Below, one piece after another: positions 60,482-64,000 of a stretch of 64,000 bases of DNA. Both the position numbers and the translations under genes were made by a program. The DNA lies in assembly GCA_965200245.1 (NCBI GenBank), contig CBDATS010000004.1, positions 736,001-800,000 of the forward strand. Reading direction: 5' to 3'. The DNA comes from a bacterium (GTDB taxonomy: Bacteria; UBA8248). The notes beneath the pieces are model-generated. The model searched no databases, was not told the DNA's origin, and was given only the letters and a program-made list of their open reading frames with translations. The stretch's first letter is position 1. The number at the start of each line of letters is the position of its first letter.

Positions 60482-61426
60482 ATGCGTTTCGGAATCATGG
60501 CGACGGGAGGGGTGGGCGGTTTTTTCGGTGCCATGCTGGCAAGGGGAGGCAAGGAGGTCGTTTTCATCGCGCGCGGCGCGCACCTGGAAGCCATGCGTAA
60601 GGAAGGGCTTCGCGTGGAAAGCGTCGTGCCCGGCAAATTCAGCGTGCGGGAAGGAATGTTTACGGATTCTCCGGAGGAAGCAGGCGTTTGCGACGTCATC
60701 CTCTACTGCGTGAAAACAACCGCGAACGACGACGCCATTCCTGCCATCGCGCCCATGGTCGGTGCGGACACGGTGATCGTAAATCTCCAAAACGGCGTTG
60801 ACAACGAGGAAAAACTGGCGGACGTCTACGGCGCGGAACGTGTGATGGGGGGTGCGGCCTACATATTCACCTCCATTGCGGGGCCGGCCCTTATCCGACA
60901 GATAGGCGGTCCAAGGAGAATGGTTTTCGGCGAGATGAGTGGCGGCACGAGCGGGCGGGGCGACGAGATACTGGCCGAACTGAAAGAGGTGGAAATCAAC
61001 GCAGAATACTCCGAAGACATCGAGGTGGAACTTTGGACGAAATTCATCTTCATCTGTGGGGTCGGCGGGATGACGGCGCTTACGCGCTCAACCATCGGCG
61101 AGATTATGGCCTACGAGGGTACACGGAACATGATGCGAGAAACGATGCGGGAGGTCTGTCTGGCAGGCCGGGCGAAGGGCGTGAATCTCCCGGGCGACGC
61201 AGACGAGGGGCGCTTCCGGTTCATCGATGAGCAAAACCCGGCCAGCAAGGGCAGCCTGTGCCACGACCTGGAAGCGGGCAGGCGCCTCGAGATCGACGCC
61301 CTGTGTGGAACGGTCTCGCGTATCGGGGCACAGGTGGGTGTCGAGACGCCGTGCAACGATTTCATCTCGCATACCCTCAAGCTCGCAGACCTTCAAATCG
61401 CAGGCGAGGTGAAGCCCGCATCATGA
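60482..61426 (+). CDS. panE: 2-dehydropantoate 2-reductase family protein
   Basis: ATGGVGGFFG, CVK, LQNGV, WTKF, SLCHDLEAGRRLEID. Confidence 0.88.
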   Translation: MRFGIMATGGVGGFFGAMLARGGKEVVFIARGAHLEAMRKEGLRVESVVPGKFSVREGMFTDSPEEAGVCDVILYCVKTTANDDAIPAIAPMVGADTVIVNLQNGVDNEEKLADVYGAERVMGGAAYIFTSIAGPALIRQIGGPRRMVFGEMSGGTSGRGDEILAELKEVEINAEYSEDIEVELWTKFIFICGVGGMTALTRSTIGEIMAYEGTRNMMRETMREVCLAGRAKGVNLPGDADEGRFRFIDEQNPASKGSLCHDLEAGRRLEIDALCGTVSRIGAQVGVETPCNDFISHTLKLADLQIAGEVKPAS

Positions 61427-61518
61427 GATGAGCATTTGCATTCCCCCGCCATCTGCCACGTGGTAGTCTTCGCAAAATGGCTCATTCACTCGCAACGACA
61501 CATGGAGACACAATTTCG

Positions 61519-61986
61519 ATGGCGCGAAAATACTGGCTCATGAAGAGTGAACCCGACGCATACTCGTTCGATGATCTGATGGCGGAACCCCGGCAGACCG
61601 CTTGCTGGGACGGTATCCGAAACTACCAAGCCAGAAACTTCATGATGGAAATGAAGGTGGGTGACCTCGTTCTATTTTATCATTCGAACGCGAAGCCGCC
61701 CCACGTGGCGGGTACCGCGCGTGTGGTGCGGGAGTCCTACCCCGACCACACGCAATTCGATGCGAAATCGAAATACTACGACCCCAAATCCCCCGCCGAT
61801 ACCCCGCGCTGGCAAATGGTCGACTTGCAGGCGATGGAAAAACTCGCCCGACCCGTCTCATTGAGCGAACTGAAAGAAAATTCCAGACTCGCGAAGATGC
61901 GCGTCACCCAGCGCGGGCAGCGGCTGAGTGTTCAGCCCGTGACCAAAATGGAATTTGATGAGGTGCTGCGCATGGCGAAGGAATAA
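61519..61986 (+). CDS. EVE domain protein
   Basis: YWLMKSEP, WDGIRNYQARNF, FYHSN, RLSVQPV. Confidence 0.93.
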   Translation: MARKYWLMKSEPDAYSFDDLMAEPRQTACWDGIRNYQARNFMMEMKVGDLVLFYHSNAKPPHVAGTARVVRESYPDHTQFDAKSKYYDPKSPADTPRWQMVDLQAMEKLARPVSLSELKENSRLAKMRVTQRGQRLSVQPVTKMEFDEVLRMAKE

Positions 61987-62014
61987 TCTTCGACATGCGC
62001 GGCCCGGGCGTCCC

Positions 62015-63436
62015 CTAGCTCGCCAGACGCTGTTTCATTGCCTCGAAGTCCGCCTCGTAGAAGAACTCCTTCTCTCCGAAGGCCGGCTTGAGGCCGGTAA
62101 GCCAGGTAGCGTTTTCATCATACTCAGCGAAGAAGACGCGGCCCAGCCACTCGGGGTTTCTCGCCTGAAGGAACTGAAGCGCGATGATACGCTCGCCGCG
62201 GACCTCTTCTATCCCCAATACCAGTACCTTGCCGGGTGCCGCGCTCATCGAGGGTCCCCGCGCGGTACGCGCCAGACCGGACACCTGGGAATACGCCTTC
62301 CGGTAAATCGCGTGAGCCTCCACCAGGGGCAGTTCGAAGTAGCGCTTGGCGCCCGTATCCCGTTCCACGAACATGTAATAGGGTATCAGGCCCAGCCGCA
62401 CCTGCTCCTTCCACATGCCAGCCCACATATCCGCGTCGTCGTTGATATGCTTGAGAAGCGGCGCCTGCGTCCTGATGACGGCGCCCGTATCCCGCACCCG
62501 CCTGATGGCCTCGCGCGCCATCGGGGTCTCGACCTCGCGCTTGTGGTTGAAGTGCGCCATGATGGCGATGTGCTTGCCGCCCTTCACCAGTTTCTCGAAA
62601 AGGCGAAGTGCATCGTCCGCATCGGGGTCGGTGCTGAAGCGATAGGGCCAGAAGGTCAGCGCCTTCGTGCCGATACGGATGTCGCGGATGTGCGCGAAAC
62701 GCGAATCATCCAGCAGGGGCAGCATATAGCCCTCGAGCGCCTTGGTCTTCATGATCATCGGGTCGCCACCGGTGAAGAGGACGTCCGTCACTTCCTTGTG
62801 CTCGGCGAGATACCTGTGCAGGATGTCCGCATCCGTTGAGATGAAACGAAGTTCCTTGTCTCCCACGAATTGCGCCCAGCGGAAACAGAAGGTGCAATAG
62901 GCATGGCACGTCTGCCCCTGGCCGGGAAAGAAGAGCACTGTCTCGTGGTATTTGTGCTGCATGCCTTCCAGATGTTCATCGTCAAGGGTGGGCACGTTCA
63001 GCGTCTGCTGCCCGGCGGGATGCGGGTTCAGGCCGGCCCTGATCTCGTGGATGGCAGCATTGAGTTGCTCCTTGGGCGCCTCCCGCCTCAGGAGGTCCGC
63101 CACGCAGTCGAAATCCTCTTTCGAGATCATCCCCTCCTGGGGAAAAGAGAGCTGGAACAAGGGGTCTTCGGGCACGTTGCTCCAGTCGATGAGATTCTCC
63201 ACCATGTAGCGGTTCGTGCGGAAGGGCAGCACGTGTCCCACCACCTTCATGCTGAAGCGTATGTCGTCGGGCAGGCCTTTGAGTTCGGGAACGCTGTCGA
63301 TGTGGTTCACCACTATCGGTTTGTAGCGAGGCGGATCTATAGACAACAGATTCTGGCCACCCAGGCCGCCGTTTTGGGTCTTGGGTGCGCTCGCTTCCGC
63401 TTGAGCGAGGTTCTCTGAAGAAGGAGTTGTGTTCAT
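62015..63436 (-). CDS. KamA-family radical SAM aminomutase-like protein
   Basis: HKYHETVL, CHAYCTFCFR, LFTGGDP, IRIGTK, PYYMF. Confidence 0.9.
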   Translation of the reverse strand: MNTTPSSENLAQAEASAPKTQNGGLGGQNLLSIDPPRYKPIVVNHIDSVPELKGLPDDIRFSMKVVGHVLPFRTNRYMVENLIDWSNVPEDPLFQLSFPQEGMISKEDFDCVADLLRREAPKEQLNAAIHEIRAGLNPHPAGQQTLNVPTLDDEHLEGMQHKYHETVLFFPGQGQTCHAYCTFCFRWAQFVGDKELRFISTDADILHRYLAEHKEVTDVLFTGGDPMIMKTKALEGYMLPLLDDSRFAHIRDIRIGTKALTFWPYRFSTDPDADDALRLFEKLVKGGKHIAIMAHFNHKREVETPMAREAIRRVRDTGAVIRTQAPLLKHINDDADMWAGMWKEQVRLGLIPYYMFVERDTGAKRYFELPLVEAHAIYRKAYSQVSGLARTARGPSMSAAPGKVLVLGIEEVRGERIIALQFLQARNPEWLGRVFFAEYDENATWLTGLKPAFGEKEFFYEADFEAMKQRLAS

Positions 63437-63690
63437 GTCGTAAGCCCCTCTGCGATTGACATCCACATTCGAATCACTCGTAGTATTTTCTATCGTCTAC
63501 ATTATCTCAATATAGACTCATCATTCACCATGCGCCATACACGCACCCCAACCATGCTAGCATGAATCGGCCATATATCAAGCATATAATCGACCTTGTC
63601 AGCTTTCTTCCTGAAAAGTTCACCGTCCAACATTCAGATTCTTTCAAAAACAAGACCCCGGCGTTCGCTCAAGGGCAGGGTTGCAACCAC

Positions 63691-64000
63691 TCAATGGGGC
63701 ATGTGGGCGGGGTTCCAGAACTCGCCCGTGCGAATCGTGTGGGCCTGTCGATCACCGTCGGGATGCCAGCTATCCTCGTTCTTGCGCGCCTGTTCCTCGA
63801 AATCATATTCGACGCGGTGGATTTCCCCTTCCCACCTTCCGCCTCCCTGATACTCGAGCAGAACATAGGCCGGACGGTTGTCCCCGTCCCAGTTCACGGC
63901 GGCGGAGGCGGCGCATACGAGGGTCTGGTTTCCGACCTGGCGGATGTACGGTCCGTGCACCTGACCGAAGGCCACAACTTCCGATTTCTCCCCGGCCAGG
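63691..64000 (-). CDS. calcineurin-like metallophosphoesterase, C-terminal part (5' end off window)
   Basis: VVAFGQVHGPYIR...WDGDNRPAYVLL...HRVEYD. Confidence 0.6.
   Translation of the reverse strand, partial: LAGEKSEVVAFGQVHGPYIRQVGNQTLVCAASAAVNWDGDNRPAYVLLEYQGGGRWEGEIHRVEYDFEEQARKNEDSWHPDGDRQAHTIRTGEFWNPAHMPH

Overview
Bacterial chromosomal window in three parts. (1) 1-~14870: a lower-GC accessory/defence island abutting the 3' end of a tRNA-Phe(GAA) gene (14875-14950, -). It holds VapC, Fic, Panacea and ParDE toxin-antitoxin modules (several decayed), an ABC-ATPase+DUF4276 pair, a decayed PRTase/DprA/HAD (ShosTA-like) locus, and an intact, translationally coupled ABC-ATPase(DUF3696)-PIN-RNA ligase operon, the best candidate for an undescribed system. 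(2) 16992-41439: two back-to-back complex I (nuo) operons on the minus strand, one complete (nuoA-N) and one with ten genes lacking nuoE/F/G and nuoI. (3) 41749-64000: metabolic and housekeeping genes: PLP histidine-decarboxylase-like enzyme + ACT protein; an amidohydrolase-NifU-MFS-MFS operon ending in a GrdB/PrdB-family selenoprotein (in-frame UGA in a UxxC motif, split in two by the ORF track); a cobalt nitrile/thiocyanate-hydratase-like pair; tandem amidohydrolases; a three-repeat CcmI-like lipoprotein; PfkB kinase; a CoA-transferase-like pair; scpAB, panE, EVE and a KamA-family radical SAM. All calls rest on motif recognition by eye; no database searches were run.
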